A stretch of 64,000 nt of DNA, taken from IMG/VR virus record IMGVR_UViG_3300046673_000306, positions 1 to 64,000 of that record; one strand, written 5' to 3'. The DNA comes from a virus. This document shows, piece by piece, positions 43,776 through 52,980 of the stretch (positions are counted from its first letter, which is position 1; the number at the start of each line of letters is the position of its first letter). The notes beneath the pieces are model-generated. The model was not told the DNA's origin. It saw only the letters and a list, made by a program, of their open reading frames with translations, and searched no databases. Made by a program: the position numbers and the translations under genes.

Positions 43776-44552
43776 TCAGGATTTGCTCTCCGGACCCGGA
43801 AGCATCAGGACCGACTTGTGCTTGGCGATCGTCAGGGCGAGACGATCCGGCGTCTTCGTGAAGTCCTGGATACGGCGGTTCAGCTCGGCCATAGCCATCA
43901 TCAGGCCGTGGAAAAAGAGTGCGGCCTCGTCCGAGTATGGCATCTCCTTGGCGTCCTCGGGGAGGCTGAACGACACCCAGGAATTGAGGCGTTCTGCGGG
44001 GTTGTCGTGGCCGTGGTGGTCTCCGCCCTCCCCATAGTAGCTCTCGTAGGTGACCTCGGACTGGTCTCCCCAGGTCGTGGTGACCTTGAGGGAGGCCTCA
44101 GCCCCCACGGTGAGTGAGAAGCCTCCCTTCGATCGGTGGCTGGCGCAGTGTCCCCCGTAGGTCTTGTCTCCTATGCCATCCCTCCACTCGGCGCCGGGGT
44201 ACCTAGCGTTGGGGAAGATGCGCCCTTCCTTATCCGTGGCGAAGGAGACGTGGGACTCGATGTTGTAGCGGATCACGGGGTCCTTAGTGACGGTCGGCTC
44301 CATGAAGGCCTCATGGGCCTTCTTCACGGCGTCCTCCAGCTCCTTGAAGGTCTCCATCCCAACCGTCTTAAAGAACCCCTCGCGGCACCGCCGCCGATTG
44401 TCGATTTTCCTCTCAGGGAAGGAGACCTTCAGCTTGTTTGGGACGTGGGCGTAGAAGGCTCCGGTGGCGCTGATCTCCACCGAGACCTTGAACTTGTCGA
44501 CGGCCCCGGCGTCGTTCTTCGCGACGAACTCGACGTCCTTGAACTTGGGCAT
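43776..44552 (-). CDS. hypothetical protein
   Basis: 258 aa, GGAG RBS. Confidence 0.7.
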   Translation of the reverse strand: MPKFKDVEFVAKNDAGAVDKFKVSVEISATGAFYAHVPNKLKVSFPERKIDNRRRCREGFFKTVGMETFKELEDAVKKAHEAFMEPTVTKDPVIRYNIESHVSFATDKEGRIFPNARYPGAEWRDGIGDKTYGGHCASHRSKGGFSLTVGAEASLKVTTTWGDQSEVTYESYYGEGGDHHGHDNPAERLNSWVSFSLPEDAKEMPYSDEAALFFHGLMMAMAELNRRIQDFTKTPDRLALTIAKHKSVLMLPGPESKS

Positions 44553-44712
44553 GGTCTACTCCGTCCTTTTTTCCTTGGCGATTAAAATATCCAATGGGTC
44601 CATCTGGTCTTTAGATAAGATTTTTTCAATTCTGCTCGTAATGAGTCTTGGTGCTCGGTACTCGGACCAGCCATCGATCCAGATGCCAAACTCTGGGTTC
44701 TCGAACATGTTC

Positions 44713-45021
44713 CTACTCTTTCGACCACCCCGCCTGCACCAGCCTGATCCCCAGGTTGAGGACCCACATCGATGTTGGGCAGATCGTCCCGGGTTGCAGG
44801 CCATTGAGGTCGCGGACCATGGCCTCGGCCCAGCGCTCCTTCTGGTCGCGCTCATTGAGCCCCGCCCAGTGGCGCCACCCCTTCTTGTAGAGATCGATGA
44901 TGAGGTCCTTCGCCCAGAAGGGCACCGTGCAGCCCTTGAAGCCCATGTCGTGGCCCATCGCTTGGATGGCCTCCTGTAACTCCGCCCTGGTGGGCCCCGC
45001 CTTGATCTTGATGCGGTCCAT
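44713..45021 (-). CDS. hypothetical protein
   Basis: GGAGG RBS. Confidence 0.6.
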   Translation of the reverse strand: MDRIKIKAGPTRAELQEAIQAMGHDMGFKGCTVPFWAKDLIIDLYKKGWRHWAGLNERDQKERWAEAMVRDLNGLQPGTICPTSMWVLNLGIRLVQAGWSKE

Positions 45022-45041
45022 GGTCGCCTCCCTAGCGCCTC

Positions 45042-45617
45042 CTACAACCCGGCCTCGCGCAGCGCCTTGCTGATCTCCTTGTTCTGCTCATCGGTGTAGC
45101 CCGTGAAGGTCTTCTGGTCTCGCTTCCATCCTCTGGACTTGACGAACTCGTCCTTGAAGGCCTGGTACTTGGCCACGCGCTCGATGCGCTCCTGCTCGGC
45201 CCGCTGTTCAGCCGCGATCTCGGCGCAGACCTCGCGCTTGATCATGAGGGGGTCGAGGCCCATGAACTTCATGAGGTGGTGGAGGGTCCCCAGGATCGTC
45301 CTGGCGTCGTCCTTGCCCACGAGGTTGTAGAGGTAGGCCTCGCTGAAGAAGGGCTGGTCCTCATCGCCCTTGCTGTAGCCGTCGGCGCTCTTGAACCCGC
45401 GCAGCGGCGGGGCCTCCAGCTTCAGGCGGAGGAGTTTCCTGAAGTAGGCCTTGGCGTCCTCGACCTCGGGGACGTACTCGGCGTGGGTGACGACGGCCTC
45501 CTTCGGGAGCGACCTCTCTACGCGCCGGGTGTCGTGGTTTAGGGCCGGATAGAACTCGCCGGGCTTCTCCCCCTCCATGGGGGGCAGCGGGACTTCGACG
45601 GTCAGTCTCATCTTCAT
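45042..45617 (-). CDS. hypothetical protein
   Basis: ATGA overlap. Confidence 0.65.
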   Translation of the reverse strand: MKMRLTVEVPLPPMEGEKPGEFYPALNHDTRRVERSLPKEAVVTHAEYVPEVEDAKAYFRKLLRLKLEAPPLRGFKSADGYSKGDEDQPFFSEAYLYNLVGKDDARTILGTLHHLMKFMGLDPLMIKREVCAEIAAEQRAEQERIERVAKYQAFKDEFVKSRGWKRDQKTFTGYTDEQNKEISKALREAGL

Positions 45618-46291
45618 GGTTTGGGTTCCTCTTTGTGCTCCAGCAGCCCCTGGGCGTGCTGGCGCAGCTGCTCCAGGCCGGTGCGGCGAACGGCGGCCTC
45701 GATGAAGCCGCTGACCTCAGCCTTGGACTCGGCCACGATCTCGTCGGCGCTGTCGTTGAACTGGTCCATGAGGAAGGTCATGTGACTCTTCATCTTCAGG
45801 GCGATCTCCGCCGTCAGATCGATGATCCTCTTCTTGTCGGCGGCGAGAAGGGACTTCTTCTTCATCAGGGTCTCGACCTCGGCGCCCATGGCGTCAAACT
45901 GCTTCTTCCACTTGGCCATGTCGGCGGCGAAGGTCTGCCTGATCTTCTCCGCGCGCATCGGGACGTTGGGTAGCGGCTCCACGGGCTTGCCCGCGAGAGC
46001 CCGGATCGTGCAGGGGGTCCCGGGACCGCTGTTCATGGTCGTGATCATGGACGCGAACTGGGACTCGCTCATCATGACCTCGATGATGTGGTCGCGCTCG
46101 AAGTAGTGGTCATCGCCCAGATCGTGGACGACCTCGCACCGGCTGATCTCCAGGCTGATCCCGCTGTGGTTGTCTACAGAGGACCCGAAAAGCCGGTAGG
46201 CGCCGCGAACCCTGGTTCCGCCAGCCGTCCAGCGGGCGATGCTGATGAGGCCGTAGGCGGGGTGCGTCTCCGGCTTAGCGTTTGGGTCCAT
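45614..46291 (-). CDS. conserved phage hypothetical protein
   Basis: ETHPAYG..LFGSS..IEVMMSESQFA..GTPCTI. Confidence 0.75.
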   Translation of the reverse strand: MDPNAKPETHPAYGLISIARWTAGGTRVRGAYRLFGSSVDNHSGISLEISRCEVVHDLGDDHYFERDHIIEVMMSESQFASMITTMNSGPGTPCTIRALAGKPVEPLPNVPMRAEKIRQTFAADMAKWKKQFDAMGAEVETLMKKKSLLAADKKRIIDLTAEIALKMKSHMTFLMDQFNDSADEIVAESKAEVSGFIEAAVRRTGLEQLRQHAQGLLEHKEEPKP

Positions 46292-46638
46292 TACAGTGTC
46301 CTCCCATGAACTTTATCCCAACGTCTGACAACGGCAATCGCCCTCCGGGCCATTTCCTCACACGCGTCGTTGTCTGGACCAAGGTCCCGGCGCAGGGAGT
46401 CGACGACTAGGTCAGTGAGTGATTTTTTGATCCGCATTTTACTATGAGCCTGGGCCCCCTCCGGATACTTCAGCAGTCCAAGACTCCTGAGGCACATCCG
46501 GCACGTGACCTTGCTCAGGTCTGTGGTCAGATACGGCGGGTTCACCACGGATTGAAAACGATACTGCCACAGCCCACATGTGGGGACAAAGAGCTTAGGA
46601 TTCGGGTGCTCGTATTTGAAGTGGATAGCATGGGTCAT
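46291..46638 (-). CDS. hypothetical protein with VTCxxC motif
   Basis: GGAGG RBS; overlaps neighbours. Confidence 0.55.
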   Translation of the reverse strand: MTHAIHFKYEHPNPKLFVPTCGLWQYRFQSVVNPPYLTTDLSKVTCRMCLRSLGLLKYPEGAQAHSKMRIKKSLTDLVVDSLRRDLGPDNDACEEMARRAIAVVRRWDKVHGRTL

Positions 46639-46934
46639 CGCCGCCTCCGTCCGTACTCCAGAATTTCTGGGCTGGCTTCCTTGATCCACTGATCGAGCGC
46701 GCGCTTGTTCGGGAATGTGCAGAAATTGGTGTGCACATAGTCGATGCCGTTGAACCGCGAGGTCGTGGCCGATCCATTTAGGCGCATGATATCACGGATT
46801 AGGGAACCATCGGGGTCGGGCTGCACGACCTCGACCTGCCACTTCCTCTCGTAGTGGCGGGTCTTGCCCCAGAAGTCGACGCCGTTCTTGTTCGGTACGA
46901 GTTTGATCGCGGCGTGGCGGACGATGATTTTCAT
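46635..46934 (-). CDS. hypothetical protein
   Basis: ATGA overlap. Confidence 0.55.
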   Translation of the reverse strand: MKIIVRHAAIKLVPNKNGVDFWGKTRHYERKWQVEVVQPDPDGSLIRDIMRLNGSATTSRFNGIDYVHTNFCTFPNKRALDQWIKEASPEILEYGRRRR

Positions 46935-47085
46935 GATCTCTCTTGGGCGTCCCTGGCGTCACGCTCTGCTCCAACCTCAGAGAAGTAGGGGCCGTGCCAC
47001 GGCTCGGATTCGGTCGGAGATATCGGCCTCCAGAACCATCCTCTTTCATCGTTAAGGAATTCAGCCCAGGCCTCGATCTTTAGCA

Positions 47086-47508
47086 TCACACCCTCTCCCT
47101 AGCGATCGCCATGGCCAGCCCGTCTCTGGCCGGTCCCGTGATCCCGCACGCGTCCATGGTCACCAGGGCCTCGACGGCGGCCTGGAGCAGGGTCGGGACC
47201 TCTTGGCGAACGGTCGCGACGGCCACGGTCATGGGCGCGACGCCGGGCGCCTGGAGTTCTGGCAGGGCCCCGGGGACTGGGCGCCCAAGGTCGATGAAGT
47301 CGAAAACCTTCTCCACGTTCTGGAATTGGCAGCAGCCCTTGGTCCCGCGCTCGTCCAGGTACCAGACATAATTCCCGAATTGCGAGGCAGAGAAATTATA
47401 TCTGTAGAATGAAGTCCCGCGCATGACCGGCGTCAGGCCCTGGGCGATCCGATCCTGGATCAGGCTCAGGGCCTCGTCGGCGCTCTCGATCTCGGGTTCC
47501 GTATTCAT
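47086..47508 (-). CDS. hypothetical early protein, leaderless
   Basis: ATG 6 nt after the -10 box. Confidence 0.6.
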   Translation of the reverse strand: MNTEPEIESADEALSLIQDRIAQGLTPVMRGTSFYRYNFSASQFGNYVWYLDERGTKGCCQFQNVEKVFDFIDLGRPVPGALPELQAPGVAPMTVAVATVRQEVPTLLQAAVEALVTMDACGITGPARDGLAMAIARERV

Positions 47509-47514
47509 AGTGGT

Positions 47515-47631
47515 ATTGTACCAGGTAATACTGATGCTGTCAAGACCCGGGCCAGAATCTGGGCCCCGATCCGGTTGAGGTCCCATGTCCAGTTTTTGGG
47601 TCTTGACAAGATCAGTTCAACCTGGTACAAT
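47515..47631. promoter_or_regulatory. divergent pair of sigma70 promoters
   Basis: Minus: TTGACA(47543)-17-TACAAT; plus: TTGACA(47603)-17-TACAAT; both preceded by GGGTC. Confidence 0.85.
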
Positions 47632-47637
47632 ACTAAT

Positions 47638-47880
47638 ATGACTGAAACCAAGATCGACCTGGATCAGGACGAAGCCTACCTGATGAACGACGAGCTGTCC
47701 CGCCTCAGCGAGGACTACCATAGGGACGAGTCCGTCAAAGCAGCGGCCAAGGACTTACTGGCGGCCCTGAAGGGCCTCCTCTCGGACAAGTACTTGGCCG
47801 ACCCGATCAACGCCGACAGAATGACCGCCGCCCGCCTCGCCGTGGACAAGGCCGAGCCGTGGAGGAAACCGAGATCATGA
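47638..47880 (+). CDS. hypothetical early protein
   Basis: AAKDLLAALK motif; leaderless. Confidence 0.65.
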   Translation: MTETKIDLDQDEAYLMNDELSRLSEDYHRDESVKAAAKDLLAALKGLLSDKYLADPINADRMTAARLAVDKAEPWRKPRS

Positions 47881-47888
47881 TTCCGTCT

Positions 47889-47922
47889 GGGTCTTGACAA
47901 GCTGAGTTCAACCTGGTATAAT
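47889..47922 (+). promoter_or_regulatory. consensus sigma70 promoter
   Basis: GGGTC-TTGACA-17-TATAAT; near copy of the 47603 promoter. Confidence 0.85.
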
Positions 47923-48047
47923 ACTATCATGACCATGAAACTGATGACCAAGGAAATCCGAAACCGCATTCGCATGGGCCTGGGAATCGAGCGCGACCTG
48001 AGCTTCCGGCCCACGCCTCTGTCCAAGATCAAGTCCGGGGAGGTCAG

Positions 48048-48788
48048 ATGAACATGGATGGCCAGCCGGTCCTGCCGGGCATGGAACCACTGCGCTACCA
48101 GATCGAGGACGCCGAGCACCGCCGGGACTACGTCCCGGTCCGGTGCGCGATCTGCGAGAAGGAGATGACGTACGACGAACACCAGAACGCGTCCTGCGGT
48201 GAGGAGGCCACCCAGTACGAAGGCGATCCGATCTGTGAGACCTGCTACTGCGAGGATGAGGCCGAGGCCACGTTAAGGGTCTTTGATGCGGATAACCCGG
48301 AAGGCGAGGGAGACTATGGAACCTCGATCTTCGAGATCGGGTCCTGCAAGAACATGACCGCTTGCGACGGCGACATCGGGACCTGGCGGACCAAGTGGGT
48401 GAGAACCGATGCCTGGCGCGGCTATATCGACCTGATCCCGCCCAAGGACTGGGCTCAGTTTCACTCCGACTGCTCGCTCATGGCCTCCGAGGACTCGGCG
48501 ATGCTGGAAAAGTACGACGCCGCAGTACGCAAGGCCTTCATCGCGAAGGGCGTGCGGCTGATCCGGGCTGCGCTCAGGACCTCGAACTGCTGCTCCACTG
48601 GGGTCGATTACTTCGTCGAGAAGAAGTTCCTGAAGTGGGCGACTGCGGCGTCGCGCAAGCTCGCCGACGTCTTCCGGGACCCGGTCCGGTTCAATATGAC
48701 GGCGATCACGGGCAAGGACCCGGCGAGCGCCGGGGTCGACGACTACGTCGTGGCCGCGCTCGGGGCCAAGCTCCTGGGAGGGAAATAG
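48048..48788 (+). CDS. hypothetical protein with Zn finger
   Basis: CAIC..CETC; WVRTDAWRGY. Confidence 0.7.
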   Translation: MNMDGQPVLPGMEPLRYQIEDAEHRRDYVPVRCAICEKEMTYDEHQNASCGEEATQYEGDPICETCYCEDEAEATLRVFDADNPEGEGDYGTSIFEIGSCKNMTACDGDIGTWRTKWVRTDAWRGYIDLIPPKDWAQFHSDCSLMASEDSAMLEKYDAAVRKAFIAKGVRLIRAALRTSNCCSTGVDYFVEKKFLKWATAASRKLADVFRDPVRFNMTAITGKDPASAGVDDYVVAALGAKLLGGK

Positions 48789-48789
48789 C

Positions 48790-48954
48790 GTGTTCAAGAT
48801 AAAAATCGATACTGATTGCATCGCTGCCGATGACCGGGAGCAGGAAATCCACAGGATTCTCCAGCGCGTGGCCGTCAGGGTCTGCGCCGGAGAAACGTCT
48901 GGGAAGTGCATGGATATCAATGGAAATTCCATTGGGGACTGGGAACTACAATGA
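48790..48954 (+). CDS. small phage protein
   Basis: MFKIKIDTD..EIHRILQ..DINGNSIG; below ORF-track cutoff. Confidence 0.6.
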   Translation: MFKIKIDTDCIAADDREQEIHRILQRVAVRVCAGETSGKCMDINGNSIGDWELQ

Positions 48955-49478
48955 GCGGAATCGCGAGCAAGCCGATCATTGTAACGTCCAAGGTTTACGC
49001 CAAGATCAAGGAGTGGGCAGACGCCGGTCGCGTCGTCAACCACTTCCTGTGCCAGGACCTCTCGTGCCTGACAACGTACTTCTCCCCGAACCCCGAGTGC
49101 TGCTGCCCCAACCACGCCTGGGCCTGCCCCGGGAAGATCGAGGCCGCAGACGTCAAGCTCGCGGACCTCAAGGTCGAGGCCGTGGTCGCTCAGCCCGTGG
49201 CCTTCAAGGACTTGGTGATCTACTGGAGAGAGTCGAACCAGATGTCGATCGTCCTGGAGATTCCCGGACACTGGCGCCCGATCAAGGCCGTGTCCTTCGG
49301 CTATATCGGCGGGATCATGGGCATGGACCGGGCCACCCGCGCCGAGATCAAGCGCGAGCACGGCCAGAAGAAGCCGACGAAGTGGCTCAAGGCCGCGCGT
49401 GAGGACGGGTCCCTGGAGGATATCCTGAACCGGTTCGGCTACACGCTGAACGCCGAGCCCAAGGTCCTGGAGGCCTGA
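48951..49478 (+). CDS. hypothetical protein
   Basis: ATGA overlap. Confidence 0.65.
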   Translation: MSGIASKPIIVTSKVYAKIKEWADAGRVVNHFLCQDLSCLTTYFSPNPECCCPNHAWACPGKIEAADVKLADLKVEAVVAQPVAFKDLVIYWRESNQMSIVLEIPGHWRPIKAVSFGYIGGIMGMDRATRAEIKREHGQKKPTKWLKAAREDGSLEDILNRFGYTLNAEPKVLEA

Positions 49479-49480
49479 CC

Positions 49481-49723
49481 ATGGAATTGTTCCGAGTCAC
49501 GTCCGGGGCCTTCCTCGGGAGATGGATAATCGAGAAGTGGGGGTATGCCCTGATCCTGGAGTGGTGGCGCAGAGCTGCCCCGGGGATCGGCGCCCACGGC
49601 TACGTCCATCCAATCGCCGACGGAGACTGGGCCGTGGACTTAACCGTAATGATGTGGCGCCGAGACCTGAGGAGCCAATTCGTCAATCACAACCCAGGCT
49701 TCAGGTACCGGCAGGGGGAATGA
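49481..49723 (+). CDS. hypothetical protein
   Basis: GGAGG RBS. Confidence 0.5.
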   Translation: MELFRVTSGAFLGRWIIEKWGYALILEWWRRAAPGIGAHGYVHPIADGDWAVDLTVMMWRRDLRSQFVNHNPGFRYRQGE

Positions 49724-50058
49724 TCATGCCCAAGAACAAGTGGTACTGCGTCAAGAAGGCCTTCTGGTTCACCTCGAAGAAGGCGGAGAAGAAGTACGAC
49801 CGCATCGTCGAGGCCCTGTCCGAGGCCAACGAGGAGGCCGTCGTCTACCACGGCTACGAGATGGCCCTCGTGGGGATAGCCCACCGCTTTGGAATGGAGC
49901 CGGTCGCGGCGTACGACCGCTCGACGTGCATCGCCATCCTCATGGACCGCGATGAGATGACCCACGAGGACGCCGAGGACTACTTCGGCTACAACACCCT
50001 AGGGACCGGAGTTGATAATGCCCCGATCTTCGTGGAGATGGCGGAAGACATACCGTGA
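49720..50058 (+). CDS. conserved phage hypothetical protein
   Basis: GYEMALVG..YDRSTCIAIL..EDAEDYFGYNTLG..PIF. Confidence 0.75.
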   Translation: MIMPKNKWYCVKKAFWFTSKKAEKKYDRIVEALSEANEEAVVYHGYEMALVGIAHRFGMEPVAAYDRSTCIAILMDRDEMTHEDAEDYFGYNTLGTGVDNAPIFVEMAEDIP

Positions 50059-50068
50059 GGAGGATATT

Positions 50069-51319
50069 ATGGTTATGAAGATTGTTGATTCCAGCGGCTC
50101 CTCTGGCAGGGGTTCATTCAGGGATGACCTCGTCAAGCTGATGAAGAAGCTGGAGCCGGGAGAAGGCGTCCAGGTCCCCCGGTCTGATCTACCGCGCAAC
50201 TACGGCCAGCTTGTCGTCGACCTCATGCGCGATCCCCTTCCGTTCCCGTGGCACCTGAACGAGGAATCAGATGAGTCCGTCACCTTCTATAGGGACGCCG
50301 CCAAACCCAAGTTTGAGCCAGCTGCGAAGCCAGCTCATCAGGCTCCAGACAAGCTTCTGACTCCGCCAGCCCCAGAACCAAAGCCCGATTCTCCCGTTTA
50401 CGACACCGACCGGGGCAGCATCAACAGGATCATCGAGGAGGTCAAGGTCAGGGGTGGGAGTTTCCCAGTCCCGAAGACGCTGTTCCGCGACGCGATCTCC
50501 CGATCCTTTTGTATGGGAGAACTGAGGCATCTAGGGTACAGGGTCGATAAGGGCATCAATTTCGACGTGATCATCGCTCCCGAACCTGTCCCGTGTCCGA
50601 AGGTCGAGAATGGTAAGAAGAACCAGGCCCCCAAGGATATTACCCATCGTTCGCCCTTGGTCAAGGTCCCGATGCGGGAGCGCATCCTTACCTCTATCAA
50701 GAAAAATCCCGGCATAGCTCACAGCGCACTCAGGAAGAAATTCACACGGAGCACCGAGGAGGGCAAAAAGTTCGATAATGCTATTGGCGACCTGCTCGTG
50801 GAGAACTTAGTTGTCTCCACTTCAGTGAAATGGACAGGACCATATGGTCTGAAGACGACCTATAGGATCGTTGGTGCCAAGGCAGCCGCGACCGAAGTCG
50901 CACCGGTCCACGGTCAACACCCGGCCAAGACAGTGGTTCTTGGAGTGGAGGCCGCACCCAAGCCTGTTCTTTCCCCGGCGCCGCCCGTGGTAACGCCCGC
51001 GCTGCCCAAGACGGAGCCCCAGCCGAAGCCCGAGCCGAAGCCCGAGCCGAAGCCCCAGCCGAAGCCCGAGGCCAAGCCCATCACCAGAGAAGAGGTCGCG
51101 GCTGTCCAGAAGATGATCAAGCCCGAGAAGTTCCCGACCGGGAACAGGTGCTTCGCCTGCGTGGACGAGGACCATGTCCGGGTCTGCGGCGAGACCGCGT
51201 CCGTGACCTACAAGCAGGTCCGGCTCTGCCGCACCCACATGAACAGGCTGTTTTATGCCCGGAAGCTCTACGTCCGGACTTCGTTGAAGCACAATCCGAT
51301 ACTGCTCAAGAAGACATAG
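50069..51319 (+). CDS. multi-domain protein with PKPE repeats and C-terminal Zn finger
   Basis: GAGGAGG RBS; wHTH-like segment; 12-bp repeats near 51017-51078. Confidence 0.65.
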   Translation: MVMKIVDSSGSSGRGSFRDDLVKLMKKLEPGEGVQVPRSDLPRNYGQLVVDLMRDPLPFPWHLNEESDESVTFYRDAAKPKFEPAAKPAHQAPDKLLTPPAPEPKPDSPVYDTDRGSINRIIEEVKVRGGSFPVPKTLFRDAISRSFCMGELRHLGYRVDKGINFDVIIAPEPVPCPKVENGKKNQAPKDITHRSPLVKVPMRERILTSIKKNPGIAHSALRKKFTRSTEEGKKFDNAIGDLLVENLVVSTSVKWTGPYGLKTTYRIVGAKAAATEVAPVHGQHPAKTVVLGVEAAPKPVLSPAPPVVTPALPKTEPQPKPEPKPEPKPQPKPEAKPITREEVAAVQKMIKPEKFPTGNRCFACVDEDHVRVCGETASVTYKQVRLCRTHMNRLFYARKLYVRTSLKHNPILLKKT

Positions 51320-51332
51320 GGAGGAGACCACA

Positions 51333-51923
51333 ATGACCGAGGAGAAGAAGGCCGAGATGTGGCTGAAGCGCCACACGTCTTACGACTGCGCGATCTGCGG
51401 CGTGGCCCACGAGCCCGCCCAGCGCCCGAAGGTGGAATATGGCAAGCTGACCAAGGCCCAGCGCCTGCTCTGGGACGTGGCCTCCACTTACGAGTACCAC
51501 TCCCGCTTCGTGGTCGGGTCCGAGGAGGGTGAGGCCGTGAAGCGGATCAAGGCCTGGCTGAAGCCCGGAGACACCGTCTACACCGTGCTCCGGCGCCGGT
51601 CGTCGTCCGGGACGTGTAGCCACATCTCGACCCTGGGGATAGAGGTCGAGGGCGGTAAGCCCCGGATCGTGGACTACACCTGGAACGTGGCCAAGATCGT
51701 GGGCTGGAAGATGGACCGCGACACCGGCGGGATCGTGATCAGCGGCGGCGGCATGGACATGGGCTTTCACCTGGTTTATACCCTGAGCCGGATCGTCTTC
51801 GCCAAGTTCCCGTGCATCGGCGGAGCCTGCCCGAGCAACGACCACGTAAACGGCGACCGGAACCACGAGGTCGGCCACCTGCACAGCGATGGGGGCTACG
51901 CGCTGAAGCGCCAGTGGATGTAG
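51333..51923 (+). CDS. conserved phage hypothetical protein
   Basis: LKPGDTVYTVLR..GGGMDMGFHLVYTLS..DGGYAL. Confidence 0.75.
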   Translation: MTEEKKAEMWLKRHTSYDCAICGVAHEPAQRPKVEYGKLTKAQRLLWDVASTYEYHSRFVVGSEEGEAVKRIKAWLKPGDTVYTVLRRRSSSGTCSHISTLGIEVEGGKPRIVDYTWNVAKIVGWKMDRDTGGIVISGGGMDMGFHLVYTLSRIVFAKFPCIGGACPSNDHVNGDRNHEVGHLHSDGGYALKRQWM

Positions 51924-51933
51924 GAGGGGGACA

Positions 51934-52155
51934 ATGAAGCTACGCTATGTCAGGGCATCGGGGGTCAGAAGTTTCTTTAAGGAACGTGGCTTGCGTACAT
52001 CGGCTGGGTTCCTAGAATCCCTAGATCGCGAGGTCTGCGAGATGCTGGTCAAGTACCAGGTCATGGCCAAGGCGGACCGGCGCAGGACTGTGCTGGCCTG
52101 CGATATTTCCCTTCCTGGGGTGATCGCTAAACTCAGTCGGGGGATGCGCCGATAA
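51934..52155 (+). CDS. bacterial-type histone-fold protein
   Basis: VRASGVRSFFKERGLRTSAGFLESLD..AKADRRRTVLACDI (RxTxxxxD). Confidence 0.75.
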   Translation: MKLRYVRASGVRSFFKERGLRTSAGFLESLDREVCEMLVKYQVMAKADRRRTVLACDISLPGVIAKLSRGMRR

Positions 52156-52216
52156 TCGTCGATACAATATAAAATTGCCCCATTTCTGGACTTATTACCC
52201 CATTACCGACAGAATC

Positions 52217-52975
52217 TCAGGCTGCGGGGGCCCTGTCGGGCTCCCCGATCTGATCCTGGCAGTAGTTCCTGAAAATTCCAGCGAAAACGCCCCTGGATAT
52301 CAGCTCCCGATACCAGGCCTTCCTCAGCAGGTCCGTGGACGCGGGGTCAAAGGCGCTCCCGCAGTCCAGGATCGCGACCGGGACCTTGAGACCGGCGTAG
52401 GCCTGCTCGTCCTCCATGAGACCGGCCACAGGCTTGGGCTTGCGCCGGGTCCGCTTCGAGACCTCTCGGATCACGCCGTCGGCCAGCTCCGCAGCACCTC
52501 CGACGCCGTTGTGCCTGATCTCCAGGCCGTCGTCCTCGACGTAGTTCGTGATGTTGATCGCGACCACGATATCGGCGCGGATGTGCCTGGCGAAGTTGAT
52601 CCTGGCGTTCTGATCCTGCTCCAGGCACGTCTTCCCCTGCCCCCAGACGTCCTGCGACAGGTGCTCCTCCGTGGGGTTGGGCCTGAGGCTGGGCCTCATC
52701 CTGGCGTAGCGCAGGTAGTGGCTCGCGCTCTCGTGGAACAGCGGGTACTGGGACTTCCCGATCTCCGAGTGCGACCGCCTCATGCACCGGGTCGCGAAGA
52801 TGTCGGCGCCGATGATCCTGAGGAGGTCGTAGACGGTGGAGGAAATCTCTGACGTGATGATGTCTCCTGGAACCCCGACTACGGGCTTCCTTTGGTAGCG
52901 CCATTCGGCCTTGTCGTCCCGATAGAGCCCACCGAGGGGGTCGAGCAGGATTCTGCGTCCTCTGATGTCGTTCAT
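52217..52975 (-). CDS. Amidase_3-like protein, apparently catalytically degenerate
   Basis: ILLDPLGG, ATR, ARINFA..ADIVVAINITN, PVAILDCG. Confidence 0.65.
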   Translation of the reverse strand: MNDIRGRRILLDPLGGLYRDDKAEWRYQRKPVVGVPGDIITSEISSTVYDLLRIIGADIFATRCMRRSHSEIGKSQYPLFHESASHYLRYARMRPSLRPNPTEEHLSQDVWGQGKTCLEQDQNARINFARHIRADIVVAINITNYVEDDGLEIRHNGVGGAAELADGVIREVSKRTRRKPKPVAGLMEDEQAYAGLKVPVAILDCGSAFDPASTDLLRKAWYRELISRGVFAGIFRNYCQDQIGEPDRAPAA

Positions 52976-52980
52976 CTTTG

